Source: Minisyncoccota bacterium | GTDB lineage: Bacteria; Patescibacteriota; Minisyncoccia; Phycocordibacterales; SBAW01 | Direction: 5' to 3' | DNA length: 64,000 nucleotides | Assembly: GCA_018060985.1 (NCBI GenBank) | Contig: JAGOUZ010000003.1 | Coordinates: 47,356-111,355, forward strand | Shown here: positions 25,000 through 35,148 of the stretch, one piece after another | Layout: each line of letters begins with the position of its first letter | Position numbering within the stretch: the stretch's first letter is position 1 | Notes under the pieces: model-generated | What the model saw: the letters and a program-made list of their open reading frames with translations, nothing else | Told to the model about the DNA's origin: nothing | The model's database searches: none | Made by a program: the position numbers and the translations under genes

Positions 25000-26649
25000 A
25001 TGTCTACCAGAACGACGGTTTCGGTTGTATCTGCAGGTCTTTTTTTATTAAGTGTCCCGCTTCTTGCTTCCGCCGCCGTTACCTTCCAGGGTGGGTGGGA
25101 GCGAGGAGTGCTTACCGGAGCGGGCGAGTGGTCTAACAAGCAGGTAATGCGCCCCGACAGTTATCAGATTGTGAGCGACGTAGTGCGCACCGGTACGAAA
25201 GCGGCGCGCGTAGAGGTGCGACCCGGAGACAATCCACTTACATGGTGCTGCTCAAATACTGAGCGTTCTGAAGTATTGTTTATGACCAAGCCAGATGGCT
25301 CGATGGTAAATGAGAACAGTTCTAGCGGCACACAGTATTACGGCTTTAGTGTGCGCCTTGATTCCACCTGGGCAGCCAGCACCTGGGCCACTCTATTTCA
25401 GCTCCATGGTCCAGACTCGTATGGCACGTGGGCTTCATTTGAGTTGGACGCCCGGAATGATCGCTTTGAGGTATACATGCTTGGCGGCGATGTGACCCAG
25501 GTCACCAGTCCAACTACCTACGCGCTGTCTAATAGCTCTCTTAATCGCGGTAAATGGGTAGACTTTATCGTAAAGATAACCTATGCCTCTGGTCCGACTG
25601 GGGCCCTTACGGTGTGGCGTCGCGACGAAGGACAGGCTAATTTTACTCAGGTGGTTAATGCACAAAATGTGCCCACTTTGCAATATAAATCGACCGAGGG
25701 TACCCAAGTTGGTGCTCACTATTGGAAGGCAGGCATCTATCGTAATGCAGAAAGCTCGACCAGTATCTTATGGAATGATGGCTTTGTGCGCGCCGATACC
25801 TACGAAGAGATACTTAATTACTTTGGCACTACCACGCCGCCTCCACCTCCTCCGCAAGACACCACGGCTCCTACGGTCCCAACGGGATTGAGTGCTACCG
25901 CTGCATCTCAGACGGCCGTCAATCTTTCGTGGAACGCATCGACCGATGCAGTTGGTGTTGCCGGATACCGTGTATTTAGAAACGGCACTCAGGTTGCTGA
26001 TTCTCCTGGTAGGACCTTTAGCGACACCGGCCTTACTGCGGCCACGATGTACAGCTACACGGTTGCAGCCTATGACGCTGCAGGAAACTTTTCTGCGCAA
26101 AGCGGTGCGGTAAGTGCGACCACACAGTCCGCAGCATTTGCGCTTACTGTAGAAGCGGAGAACTTTCAGACCAAGTCGGGAGGCAATGGCAGTGTGAGTG
26201 GCGTATGGAACCTCAACTCAAACGGATACATATCGCATCCAGTTACGTTCCCAGGTACTGGCACCTATACTTTTGACATTGTGGCACGCGGCACCAAAGC
26301 GGCTGGCGCCTGGGCAAATATGCGCGTGAGCATAGACAATGTTGTTAAGAGTAATGTGACTGTTGACTCTACGTCACTCAAGACCTTTCGGGTGAAGGTT
26401 GCCAATGTAACGGCCGGACAGCATGTGCTTAAGCTCGAGTTTACCAACGACTATTACAACGAAAAGAAAAAAGAAGAAGATCGCAACTTACTTATAGACA
26501 AAGTCACCATTAAAAACTCCACGGCAACCGGCATGATCACTAACGTTGTATTTGCGCTAGCAGACACGATGTCGGTTGCGGGGATAAAACTAACCGCGAT
26601 TATTTCAGCTGCGATGGAATTGCTCGCAGGTGCGCAAGATACAGCGTAA
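25000..26649 (+). CDS. secreted polysaccharide-lyase-like protein with FN3 and carbohydrate-binding-module-like domains
   Basis: Signal peptide; beta-jelly-roll region (QYYGFSVRLDSTW...LFQLHG...YWKAGIYR) resembles heparin-lyase-I/PL-like fold; Pro-rich linker; FN3-like (LSWNAS...GYRVFRNG); CBM-like C-terminus; ORF track starts at TTG 24991. Confidence 0.6.
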   Translation: MSTRTTVSVVSAGLFLLSVPLLASAAVTFQGGWERGVLTGAGEWSNKQVMRPDSYQIVSDVVRTGTKAARVEVRPGDNPLTWCCSNTERSEVLFMTKPDGSMVNENSSSGTQYYGFSVRLDSTWAASTWATLFQLHGPDSYGTWASFELDARNDRFEVYMLGGDVTQVTSPTTYALSNSSLNRGKWVDFIVKITYASGPTGALTVWRRDEGQANFTQVVNAQNVPTLQYKSTEGTQVGAHYWKAGIYRNAESSTSILWNDGFVRADTYEEILNYFGTTTPPPPPPQDTTAPTVPTGLSATAASQTAVNLSWNASTDAVGVAGYRVFRNGTQVADSPGRTFSDTGLTAATMYSYTVAAYDAAGNFSAQSGAVSATTQSAAFALTVEAENFQTKSGGNGSVSGVWNLNSNGYISHPVTFPGTGTYTFDIVARGTKAAGAWANMRVSIDNVVKSNVTVDSTSLKTFRVKVANVTAGQHVLKLEFTNDYYNEKKKEEDRNLLIDKVTIKNSTATGMITNVVFALADTMSVAGIKLTAIISAAMELLAGAQDTA

Positions 26650-26650
26650 C

Positions 26651-28834
26651 CTACTCGAAGTGTGTAGTTTGAGTTCTGCGTAGCAGTGCTGCAAGAAGGG
26701 CCGGATGCTTTTGAAGCTCCGGCTCTTTTTGTATAAGGGTTACCGCTTCTGTGCGGGCTGCTTCTACGAGCTTTAAATTTTTGAGGGCTTCCATTCCTAT
26801 GTCGGAGATGCCCCATTGCTGGCGGCCAGAGAGCTCGCCCGGGCCGCGCTGCATAAGGTCCATTTCGGCAAGTTCAAAACCATTTTTTGCTTTCTTAAGC
26901 GCCTTGAGGCGGTCCAACGTCTTTTCGCCACGAGATTCTGGACAGACAAAGCAGTAGGCTTGGTGGGTGGAGCGCACTACGCGGCCGCGTAATTGGTGAA
27001 GCTGGGAAAGACCAAATCGCTCCGCACCCTCAATGAAGATCATCGTGGCGTTAGGGACGTTAACGCCCACCTCAACTACCGAGGTAGCAACCAAAATATC
27101 GATCTCTTTGTTAGAAAACTGCGCCATGATGTTATCTTTTTCAGCCGGCTTCATTTTGGAATGTAAGATGCCGATGCTGTATTCGGGAAAGACTTCTTTT
27201 TTTAGGCGTTTGGCTTCGGCTTTAACCGACTTTGCCTGGAGAGCAAAGGCCTTGTCTGGATCCGGTTCGTCGATGCGCGGGCATATTACGTAGGCCTGCC
27301 GCCCATCTTTAAGTTCGCGGCGCATAAGTTGGTAGGCATCGCCGCGCTCCTCGGGCTTAACGAGCTCGGTGATAATCGGTTTGCGGCCGGGCGGCATTTC
27401 GTCGAGGAGGGTTAAGTCGAGGTCTCCATATATAGTGAGCGCCAGCGTACGTGGAATTGGCGTAGCGGTCATAGAAAGCAAGTGGGGGAGGCGAACCTCT
27501 TTTTTAGCAAGCTGGCGGCGCTGGTTGGTGCCAAAGCGATGCTGTTCGTCGATAATCACGAGCGCCAGGTGTTTAAACTGCACCGACTTTTGAATGAGTG
27601 CGTGGGTGCCAATCACTACGGGGATCTCACCATTTGCCACCCATTTTAAAAGCTGAGTGCGGGAAATGTTGGTTGCTTGGCCGCGCCGAACTTTGGAAGG
27701 AAACTTATAACACCCCGAGCCGGTGATAAGCCCGATGTTAATAGGGAAGTTCTCAAAATATTTTATAAACGACTCAAAGTGCTGCTTTGCCAGAATTTCA
27801 GTCGGTGCCATATAGGCAACCTGGAGCGTGCCAAATGTTTGGCCCTGCGGGCGCGTGCGTACGGCGGCATAGCTTGCGGTTGCAGCGACTGCGGTTTTGC
27901 CCGAGCCCACATCGCCCTCAAGCAGGCGTGACATCGGGTGACCACTTTGCATATCTTTTAGTATGGCGTTGATTGCGCGGTTTTGTGCCACGGTAGCCGT
28001 AAAGGGGAAGGCGCTCATAAACTCATCAACGGCTGCGGGCGGTGCGTCGACGGTAAAACTTTTTTCTTTGGCCTGTGCCGCACGCTCTCGCTGGCGCTCG
28101 AGCTGGATAAAAAATACCTCTTCAAAGGCAAAACGCTTGCGTGCAGCATCGGCATCCTTAAGATTCTGGGGCGTGTGGATCCACACCAGCGCGGTCTTAA
28201 GGGTGGGGAGGTTGTAGCGCTTGAGGATGTCTGCAGGTATGGGGTCCTCAATTTCCTCGATCACATTTGGCAAAACTTTTTGTACCGCGTGGCGCATCCA
28301 GAGCGATGTTACACCGCGGCTCTCGGGATACTGCGCAAAAAATCCCTTCGCAACAGAACTCTTAGAAAAAGTACTCGGGTCTCCCTCAGGCTTTTCTTCG
28401 GTTTGAATAAACAACCCTTCGTCAGTGGCTGAAACTTTTTCAAGCTGAGGGTTTGCTAAGTACATTTTGGCGCCGGAGCCCGAGACCTTGCCTACCGCTT
28501 TAACCAGTGTGCCGTTTTGATACATCTTGGCGATGTAGGGCTGGTTAAACCACATGCATTTAATTTTGCCGCTCGCGTCTTGAATAAAGCCTTCTGAAAT
28601 TGGGATTCTGCGCTTCCAGGATTTTTTTGTCTCAAGTTTGTCGATCGTGCCAATCACCGTGGCTTCCTGCCCGGCAACAAGGCCGCTAATAGTTGACTCG
28701 TCTCCTGCGGTGTCGTACCGAAAGGGGAAGTGGAAGAGGAGGTCGTGCACAGTGTGCACGTTAAGGCGTGAAAGAGCGCTTTTTTGGGAGTCCATAAGGC
28801 GCAGGTGTTCTGTGAGTGGGTCAGAAAGACGCAT
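26651..28834 (-). CDS. recG: ATP-dependent DNA helicase RecG
   Basis: 727 aa, Walker A GDVGSGKT, DEQHRFG, wedge-domain N-terminus. Confidence 0.95.
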   Translation of the reverse strand: MRLSDPLTEHLRLMDSQKSALSRLNVHTVHDLLFHFPFRYDTAGDESTISGLVAGQEATVIGTIDKLETKKSWKRRIPISEGFIQDASGKIKCMWFNQPYIAKMYQNGTLVKAVGKVSGSGAKMYLANPQLEKVSATDEGLFIQTEEKPEGDPSTFSKSSVAKGFFAQYPESRGVTSLWMRHAVQKVLPNVIEEIEDPIPADILKRYNLPTLKTALVWIHTPQNLKDADAARKRFAFEEVFFIQLERQRERAAQAKEKSFTVDAPPAAVDEFMSAFPFTATVAQNRAINAILKDMQSGHPMSRLLEGDVGSGKTAVAATASYAAVRTRPQGQTFGTLQVAYMAPTEILAKQHFESFIKYFENFPINIGLITGSGCYKFPSKVRRGQATNISRTQLLKWVANGEIPVVIGTHALIQKSVQFKHLALVIIDEQHRFGTNQRRQLAKKEVRLPHLLSMTATPIPRTLALTIYGDLDLTLLDEMPPGRKPIITELVKPEERGDAYQLMRRELKDGRQAYVICPRIDEPDPDKAFALQAKSVKAEAKRLKKEVFPEYSIGILHSKMKPAEKDNIMAQFSNKEIDILVATSVVEVGVNVPNATMIFIEGAERFGLSQLHQLRGRVVRSTHQAYCFVCPESRGEKTLDRLKALKKAKNGFELAEMDLMQRGPGELSGRQQWGISDIGMEALKNLKLVEAARTEAVTLIQKEPELQKHPALLAALLRRTQTTHFE

Positions 28835-28851
28835 GATGGTAGTATATCCAC

Positions 28852-29994
28852 ATGGCTAAAAAAGACCTATCGGCAGACGCACTCGCCCTCCATAAGAAGT
28901 TTAGGGGGAAGATATTTACGGGTCTCTCTAAACCAATCAAAAATAAGGCTGATTTGTCTTTGGTCTACACGCCGGGCGTTGGCGCAGTGTCCTCCTATTT
29001 GGCAAAACATAAAGACGAAGTAAAAGACTATACGATCAAAGGCAGAACGGTTGCCGTTATTTCTGACGGGTCGGCCGTCTTGGGGTTGGGGAACATTGGC
29101 CCCGAGGGTGCGCTGCCGGTCATGGAAGGGAAGGCTGCTCTTTTTAAGACTTTTGCAAACGTAGATGCATTTCCTATAGTGCTTAACACCCAAGATGTAG
29201 ATGAGATTGTAAAAACAGTTATAGCCATAGCGCCCACCTTTGGCGGCATCAACTTAGAAGACTTTTCTGCACCGCGCTGTTTTGAGATTGAGGAGCGGCT
29301 AAAGCGCTCGCTCGATATCCCGGTGATGCACGACGACCAGCACGGCACGGCTATTGTGGTGTTGGCGGGGCTGATGAATGCGGCAAAAGTTGTTAAGAAA
29401 AATCTTACGAACCTAAAAGTGGTTATTACGGGTGCGGGCGCTGCGGGTACGGCCATAGCAAAACTCTTTTTACTTGCGGGCATTAAAGATATTATTTTAC
29501 TCGACAGCAAAGGCGTTATTGTGCGGGGGAGATCGCATTTGAATGAACATAAAGAAGAGCTTGCTGACATAACGAACCCGAGAGGTGTTTCAGGTGAGCT
29601 GCTTGATGCTATGCGCGGCGCGGACGCGGTGGTAGGCGTTTCCGGTCCGGGCATCATTAAAGCCGAGCATGTGGCGCGCATGGGCGCTGGCCCGATTGTC
29701 TTTGCACTCGCAAACCCAGTACCAGAAATTATGCCGGACGAAGCGAAGAAGGCCGGGGCTAAGGTAATTGCAACGGGGCGCTCGGACTTCCCGAACCAAA
29801 TAAATAATTCACTCGTGTTCCCGGGCGTATTCCGCGGGGCGCTCGATCATGGGGTTAAAAAAATTACGGATGAGATGAAGCTGCAAGCGGCAAAAAATTT
29901 AGCAGCGCTCGTAAAGAAGCCTACGGTAGAAAAAATTGTACCGACTCCGTTTGAAAAGGGGGTAGCGCAGGCGGTTGCTAAGGCAATTAAATAG
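28852..29994 (+). CDS. NAD(P)-dependent malic enzyme (short prokaryotic form)
   Basis: LSLVYTPGV...GNIGPEGALPVMEGKAALFK...VITGAGAAGTAIAK typical of malic enzymes. Confidence 0.9.
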   Translation: MAKKDLSADALALHKKFRGKIFTGLSKPIKNKADLSLVYTPGVGAVSSYLAKHKDEVKDYTIKGRTVAVISDGSAVLGLGNIGPEGALPVMEGKAALFKTFANVDAFPIVLNTQDVDEIVKTVIAIAPTFGGINLEDFSAPRCFEIEERLKRSLDIPVMHDDQHGTAIVVLAGLMNAAKVVKKNLTNLKVVITGAGAAGTAIAKLFLLAGIKDIILLDSKGVIVRGRSHLNEHKEELADITNPRGVSGELLDAMRGADAVVGVSGPGIIKAEHVARMGAGPIVFALANPVPEIMPDEAKKAGAKVIATGRSDFPNQINNSLVFPGVFRGALDHGVKKITDEMKLQAAKNLAALVKKPTVEKIVPTPFEKGVAQAVAKAIK

Positions 29995-30399
29995 AAAGAC
30001 CGCAGCGCATAGGTGCGCTGCGGTCGGAATTGGTTGGTCGATCTAGTGCTTGATCGTCCTTAGATATGCACGAGCGTCTGTGCGTATGTCTTCTTCGCTC
30101 AGAATGCTTGCCTCGTGCTGGGAGAGGTCAAGCTTATTGGGTTTGCGATATACCGTACTGCGCTCGCGCGGTTTCCTGGGCTGCCTTGCTCTCTTCGGAA
30201 GAGGGCCCTGCGGCTCAAGAAGCTGTTCGTGGTTTGGTTGCACTTTGTCACCTTTCATTTCACACTCTACAGAACTCTGCCCCACAACAATGTAACTTAT
30301 CCACAGGTTTTTGTCAACTATTTTTGAGCGTAAGAATGGAGAAACAGTGACGTCTTCACTGTAGTACAGGGCGTATTACACGTAACCATACTTATAATT

Positions 30400-31095
30400 A
30401 TGAAAATTCTTACCAATTCTGTTGTTCAGCCGGTCTTGGCACTTGGTCTTGTGGCTGCTATTGCCCTGACTCCGCTTGTCGGCTTTGCTAAAAACGACTC
30501 AAACAAAGACAAAAACGAAGATCGTTCAGCTGTTTCTGCTACCAACCAGGTTTCTGTAGACATTAATAACGGCGGCCGCACCTCAGTAACTGGCGCAAAA
30601 GTAACGTCAGTATCGAGCGATACGGTTGTTGCCAACGCACAGTGGGGCTCTGCCAACGTTACTTTTAACGTTAAGGTCTCCAGCTCAACCTCTATTAAAG
30701 ATGCAAAGGGCAAGAACACTATGCCCATTGGCAACATTGTAGTAGGAGATACGGTTAACTTCTCCGGCTCGCTTAACACCGGCGCTTCGGGCCTGACCGT
30801 TAATGCAACCCAGATTAAAGACGTAACCCGCAATAGCACGGAGACTCCTAAGCCTCAGAGCCATGTATTTCAGGGCAAACTCCAATCGCTTGGCTCAAAC
30901 TCGCTCGGGCTTATGATTGACTCGATTAACTACACAGTTAACGTACCGTCTAATGCGCTTATCTTGGCTAAAAACTGGACTGCAACAAACCTCTCTTCGT
31001 TTGTAGTAGGCGACACGGTGCGCGTGTTCGGCTCAATTCAGACTTCTACCTCGACCGTGATAGATGCGCTCGTGGTTCGCAACGCATCTCGCTAA
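30400..31095 (+). CDS. secreted protein with two tandem beta-rich repeats (hypothetical)
   Basis: Signal peptide; two ~75-aa repeats (...VVGDTVNFSGS... / ...VVGDTVRVFGS...); directly upstream of the ECF sigma gene. Confidence 0.6.
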   Translation: MKILTNSVVQPVLALGLVAAIALTPLVGFAKNDSNKDKNEDRSAVSATNQVSVDINNGGRTSVTGAKVTSVSSDTVVANAQWGSANVTFNVKVSSSTSIKDAKGKNTMPIGNIVVGDTVNFSGSLNTGASGLTVNATQIKDVTRNSTETPKPQSHVFQGKLQSLGSNSLGLMIDSINYTVNVPSNALILAKNWTATNLSSFVVGDTVRVFGSIQTSTSTVIDALVVRNASR

Positions 31096-31178
31096 CAGAG
31101 AGCAAATAGTAAAAAAAGCCTGAAAAAGTTAGTATATAAGACGGATGAAAGGGAGGCGCCCTTCATCCGTCTTTATAC

Positions 31179-31718
31179 ATGGGAGATCACCAAAAAGCCT
31201 TTGAAGAAGCCTATAATCGTTACAGCGACGAGCTGTTTCGGCACTCGAGCATGCGCCTCCCAGACCGGGATCGCGCTATCGAGCTGACCCAGGAATGTTT
31301 TCTGAAGACCTGGGAGTATGTGCAAAAAGGCAATGAGATTGATGAGTTTCGTCCGTTTTTATACCGGACGCTCCGCAATCTTATTATCGACGAGTACCGT
31401 CGCAAGAAATCCCGCTCGCTCGAAGCTATGATTGAGGGGAGCGAGGAGACCGACGTAGAAACGTTGATGCCCGCAGATGAAAGCAACACGCTTGAGGCTG
31501 CGATTGACCGGTTTGAAGGCAAGCGTGCACTTAAGGCACTCCAAGCACTGCCGGACCTCTACAGAGAAGTGTTGGTGCTCCGCTATGTTGAAAGCCTTTC
31601 TCCTAAAGAAATCGCCCAGTATGTGGGAGAAACCGAGAACGCTGTTTCGGTACGACTCCACCGGGGGCTCAAAAAACTAAAATCACTTCTTGAAGAAGCG
31701 CCGCAACTACAGTCATGA
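31179..31718 (+). CDS. ECF-type RNA polymerase sigma-70 factor
   Basis: Sigma-70 region 2 (FLKTWEYV...) and region 4 (LSPKEIAQYVGETENAVSVRLHRG). Confidence 0.9.
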   Translation: MGDHQKAFEEAYNRYSDELFRHSSMRLPDRDRAIELTQECFLKTWEYVQKGNEIDEFRPFLYRTLRNLIIDEYRRKKSRSLEAMIEGSEETDVETLMPADESNTLEAAIDRFEGKRALKALQALPDLYREVLVLRYVESLSPKEIAQYVGETENAVSVRLHRGLKKLKSLLEEAPQLQS

Positions 31719-33046
31719 ATTCGCTCAATAAACTAAAAAACGAAGCGCAGCAGATACGCCTCTCGGCACAAGAGAAGGATGTTATGCGTGCGGCACTGTT
31801 CGGCACGCCGTCGCCGGTGGCTTTGCAAAAGAGCCCATATGTAACCGTGTCGCACTATCAATGGTTTTCTGCTCGCTTTGTAACTGCGATGGCTGCATTT
31901 ATGGTTGTCGTGCTTGGCGGTGGCTCGGTGTACGCATCGCAGGCTGCGCTCCCGGGCGACGCGCTCTATACCGTTAAGGTAAGCGTGGCGGAGCCGGTAC
32001 GCACGGCGCTCGCATTTTCGGACGAAGCAAAACTTTTTATACATACCGACATTGCCGAAGAGCGCCTTGAAGAGGCTCAAGCTCTTGCTGCAGAGGGCCG
32101 GCTTTCTGCTGATGCGGCAGCACAAATTGAAACCAGCCTTGAGACTCATGTTAAACAAGCAGAAACACTTGCTCTTAAGGTTGAAGAACTGAATCCAGAC
32201 GTTGCTGGAGAAGTGTCTGCAACGCTTGAAGCCGCGCTGTCAGTAAACAGTGCTATTTTGGCTAGCCTTGGCGACGAAAGCGACGACCGTGACACCAAAC
32301 AAAACTCGCACTCGCTCGCAATCAAGACGCAGTCGCGCCTTGCCTACGCACAAAACGTAGGAGGCATGGGCGATGCAAGCCAGGCTATGACGATGATGGC
32401 GCCAGGCGCAGAAGCTTCAGACAGAGCCGCATTTATGGTTACTAACACCACTACTGAAGATGCAGCCGTGTCTGCAAAGATGGCGCCGGCACCCGCTATG
32501 GCGCCTGTTGCGGCTACCGCAACGGAGGCGCAGATTAGAGTATCGGACCAGTATGAGAAGAAGGCCGAGAAAGCCGTAAGCGATGTAAAAACTTCGTTCG
32601 GTAAACTCAAGGCATCGTACGACACACAAACCGCAACACGCATCAACGTTGAACTTACCTCACTCAGTGAGCGCCTTACAACTGGCGACGAGATGGAAGC
32701 AATGGGCGACTACGCCGCAACGAAAGAGCTCTACATACAGGTGAACAAAGATGCCGTAGCACTGTCGACCTTCCTTAAAGCAGAACAGAAATTTAATAAA
32801 AACATCCTTAATGCACTTATAAACGAGCGCTTTGGCGTGCGTGCGCTCGAGACCGGCGTGCAAGGCGGCGTGCAGTTTGAGGTACAAAAGGGCGAAGTGC
32901 AGGGCACTACGACAAACGACGACAATGGGGGAGAGCAGGACCGCAATGACCGCACGGAAGATGGTGACGACCGCAACAGTGGCAAAAAAGAAGAGGAATC
33001 CTCAAAAGGATCAGTCCTACCTGTTAAGGTAGATCTTGGTTTATAG
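31715..33046 (+). CDS. membrane anti-sigma-factor-like protein (DUF5667-like)
   Basis: ATGA overlap with sigma gene; single TM; coiled region with LPGDALYTVK motif; acidic C-terminus. Confidence 0.6.
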   Translation: MNSLNKLKNEAQQIRLSAQEKDVMRAALFGTPSPVALQKSPYVTVSHYQWFSARFVTAMAAFMVVVLGGGSVYASQAALPGDALYTVKVSVAEPVRTALAFSDEAKLFIHTDIAEERLEEAQALAAEGRLSADAAAQIETSLETHVKQAETLALKVEELNPDVAGEVSATLEAALSVNSAILASLGDESDDRDTKQNSHSLAIKTQSRLAYAQNVGGMGDASQAMTMMAPGAEASDRAAFMVTNTTTEDAAVSAKMAPAPAMAPVAATATEAQIRVSDQYEKKAEKAVSDVKTSFGKLKASYDTQTATRINVELTSLSERLTTGDEMEAMGDYAATKELYIQVNKDAVALSTFLKAEQKFNKNILNALINERFGVRALETGVQGGVQFEVQKGEVQGTTTNDDNGGEQDRNDRTEDGDDRNSGKKEEESSKGSVLPVKVDLGL

Positions 33047-33086
33047 CCTAAGGTAGTGTACGGTATTGATTATTGGGCGCTCACAT

Positions 33087-33173
33087 GGAGGCGTGGCTGA
33101 GCGGTCGAAAGCAGCAACCTGCTAAGTTGTTGACCCCGGAAGGGGTCCGAAGGTTCGAATCCTTCCGCCTCCG
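33087..33173 (+). tRNA. tRNA-Ser, anticodon GCU
   Basis: Acceptor GGAGGCG/CGCCUCC, anticodon loop CUGCUAA, long variable arm, T-loop UUCGAAU. Confidence 0.85.
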
Positions 33174-33200
33174 CTCGTGTTTTTGTCGTATACTAACGGC

Positions 33201-33368
33201 ATGGAAAAGATAAAAGTAGAGAACCACAGTTTTTTGGGTGGTATTTGGTTTATTGGATGGCTGTTTACTATCGGTTTCCTCAGCCTTACGTTTTGGAAGG
33301 GGGCGTTGGCACTTGTTCTCTGGCCGTACTACCTCGGCGTGTACTTTATGCCGGTGATTGGTCAGTAG
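33201..33368 (+). CDS. hypothetical small membrane protein (55 aa)
   Basis: Two hydrophobic helices (GGIWFIGWLFTIGFLSL...LALVLWPYYLGVYFMPV); start chosen after the tRNA. Confidence 0.3.
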   Translation: MEKIKVENHSFLGGIWFIGWLFTIGFLSLTFWKGALALVLWPYYLGVYFMPVIGQ

Positions 33369-33369
33369 C

Positions 33370-33975
33370 TTACGAGTGCGCTAGGGCAACCAAGTGAACA
33401 CGCGCCGCGCCTGCTTTAAGCAGTGCGCGGCGCGCTTCGTCTAAGGTGGCGCCGGTGGTGCTAACATCATCTATCACGACGCATACTCGGCGCTCGAGGA
33501 GTGTTGGGTTTGTTGCACTCATAGAGCCATGAACATTTTTTAAGCGCTTATGCCGCTCGAGCCCCTGTTGCGATCGCGTATCTACCGTTCGTTCTAATAT
33601 TTGTGGCGCGTACTCAAAGGCGCCACCCACCAGGGTGAGTACTCCTTTGCACAGCAATTCTGTTTGGTTGTGTCCGCGAGTACGCTTGCGGTTTTTATGC
33701 ATGGGGACCGGTATTAACAGGGGGACGCCGAGCTCTTCTGCGGCTATGCCGAGTAGTTGTTCATACAACAGTTCGCTCGCAAGCGCGGCTGCTTGAGGGT
33801 TGGCGTGGTACTTAAGCTCCCACACCAGCGCAGTAACCCGCGGGTCGTGGTAGGGGAGCGAGCCGGTATCTGCCCTAACCAGAGCCTGCAATTCAGAAAG
33901 CGTGATGCTCCGTACCACACGGTCGGTGGTACGGGGCGGTATAAGCACATCAAGAAAGTGTGAAATAAATGACAC
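33370..33975 (-). CDS. comFC: ComF-family phosphoribosyltransferase-domain competence protein
   Basis: ComF/GntX pattern (LLIPVPMHKNRKRTRGHNQTELL ... VCVVIDDVSTTGATL). Confidence 0.8.
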   Translation of the reverse strand: MSFISHFLDVLIPPRTTDRVVRSITLSELQALVRADTGSLPYHDPRVTALVWELKYHANPQAAALASELLYEQLLGIAAEELGVPLLIPVPMHKNRKRTRGHNQTELLCKGVLTLVGGAFEYAPQILERTVDTRSQQGLERHKRLKNVHGSMSATNPTLLERRVCVVIDDVSTTGATLDEARRALLKAGAARVHLVALAHS

Positions 33976-34008
33976 GATGGCTTGTCATATAATGTTACAA
34001 TATAAAGA

Positions 34009-35097
34009 ATGGCGTTTTCGCTCTCATCACTGTTTTCTAAATCTTCGAAGAGCGTGCTTGGTGTTGATATTGGCACATCTTCTATTAAAGTGGTGCAGCT
34101 GCGCCGCGAAAAGGGGAGAGTAATCCTTGAGACCTATGGCGCAATTGCGCTCGGGCCGTACGCCGGGGTGGAGATAGGTCGCGCCACCTCGCTCCCGGCA
34201 GAAAAGATCGCCGAGGCTCTGAAGGATGTTATCCGCGAGGCAAATGTCACTACTTCAGATGTTGCCATATCCATCCCGTATTCATCGAGCCTCATATCAC
34301 TCGTTAAACTCCCCAAAGCGGTAGAAAAACAACTGGCGCAGGTGGTGCCTATCGAGGCGCGCAAATACATCCCGGTTCCTATCAACGAGGTGATGCTCGA
34401 TTGGTTTGTGGTCTCTGGTGGCAGCCATGCCCCCGGCGATGCCGACAAGATAGAAGTGCTCCTCGTTGCTATCCACAACGACACCATCTCGAAATTTAAA
34501 AATATTGGCACGAGCGCTACGGTTAACACCGCCTTTTTTGAGATAGAGGTCTTTAGCGCCGTGCGCGCCGCGCTTGAGCATGGGCTCGCGCCGGTTGCGG
34601 TGGTAGACATGGGCGCCGCGACAACCAAGTTTTATGTCGTTGAGCGTGGGCTTATACGCGAGAGTCATATTATTAACCGTGGCGCTCAAGACTTAACTCT
34701 TGCCGCAGCGCGCGGCCTCAACATAACCATTGCACAGGCAGAGGAGCGCAAGCGTAAGGTGGGCATTATGGCCAACCCGCCTGCGGACCTTGCTCCTGCG
34801 GTGCAATCATTTGAACTTACACTCGCACCTTTAGTGTCGGAGATATCGCGCACCATTGCCAACTACGAGCAACGCGCCAACCAAACGCTTTCGGCACTGG
34901 TGCTCACGGGAGGAGGAGCAACACTGCGCGGGTTTATGGAATACGCTCAGCCTAAGATTCAGACCGAGATCCGGCTCGCAGACCCGTTTGGCAAAACTCA
35001 AGCACCAGCTTTTTTGGAGAAGATCCTCAAGGAAGCGGGGCCGGAGTTTTCAGTTGCGGTAGGGTTGGCTCTTAGGCGTCTCCAAGAGGTTGGGTAA
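34009..35097 (+). CDS. pilM: type IV pilus assembly protein PilM (actin-like ATPase)
   Basis: N-terminal VLGVDIGTSSIKVVQL... actin-fold motif. Confidence 0.85.
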   Translation: MAFSLSSLFSKSSKSVLGVDIGTSSIKVVQLRREKGRVILETYGAIALGPYAGVEIGRATSLPAEKIAEALKDVIREANVTTSDVAISIPYSSSLISLVKLPKAVEKQLAQVVPIEARKYIPVPINEVMLDWFVVSGGSHAPGDADKIEVLLVAIHNDTISKFKNIGTSATVNTAFFEIEVFSAVRAALEHGLAPVAVVDMGAATTKFYVVERGLIRESHIINRGAQDLTLAAARGLNITIAQAEERKRKVGIMANPPADLAPAVQSFELTLAPLVSEISRTIANYEQRANQTLSALVLTGGGATLRGFMEYAQPKIQTEIRLADPFGKTQAPAFLEKILKEAGPEFSVAVGLALRRLQEVG

Positions 35098-35148
35098 TGT
35101 GTTGATACACGACTAGTTGCATATTTTATCGAGCTATACTGTACGTAA

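Noticed and set aside
30043-30285. 80-aa minus-strand ORF between the malic enzyme and the secreted repeat protein
   Set aside because: No convincing RBS, Arg/Pro/Gln-rich low-complexity composition, no recognisable domain. It was left unannotated.
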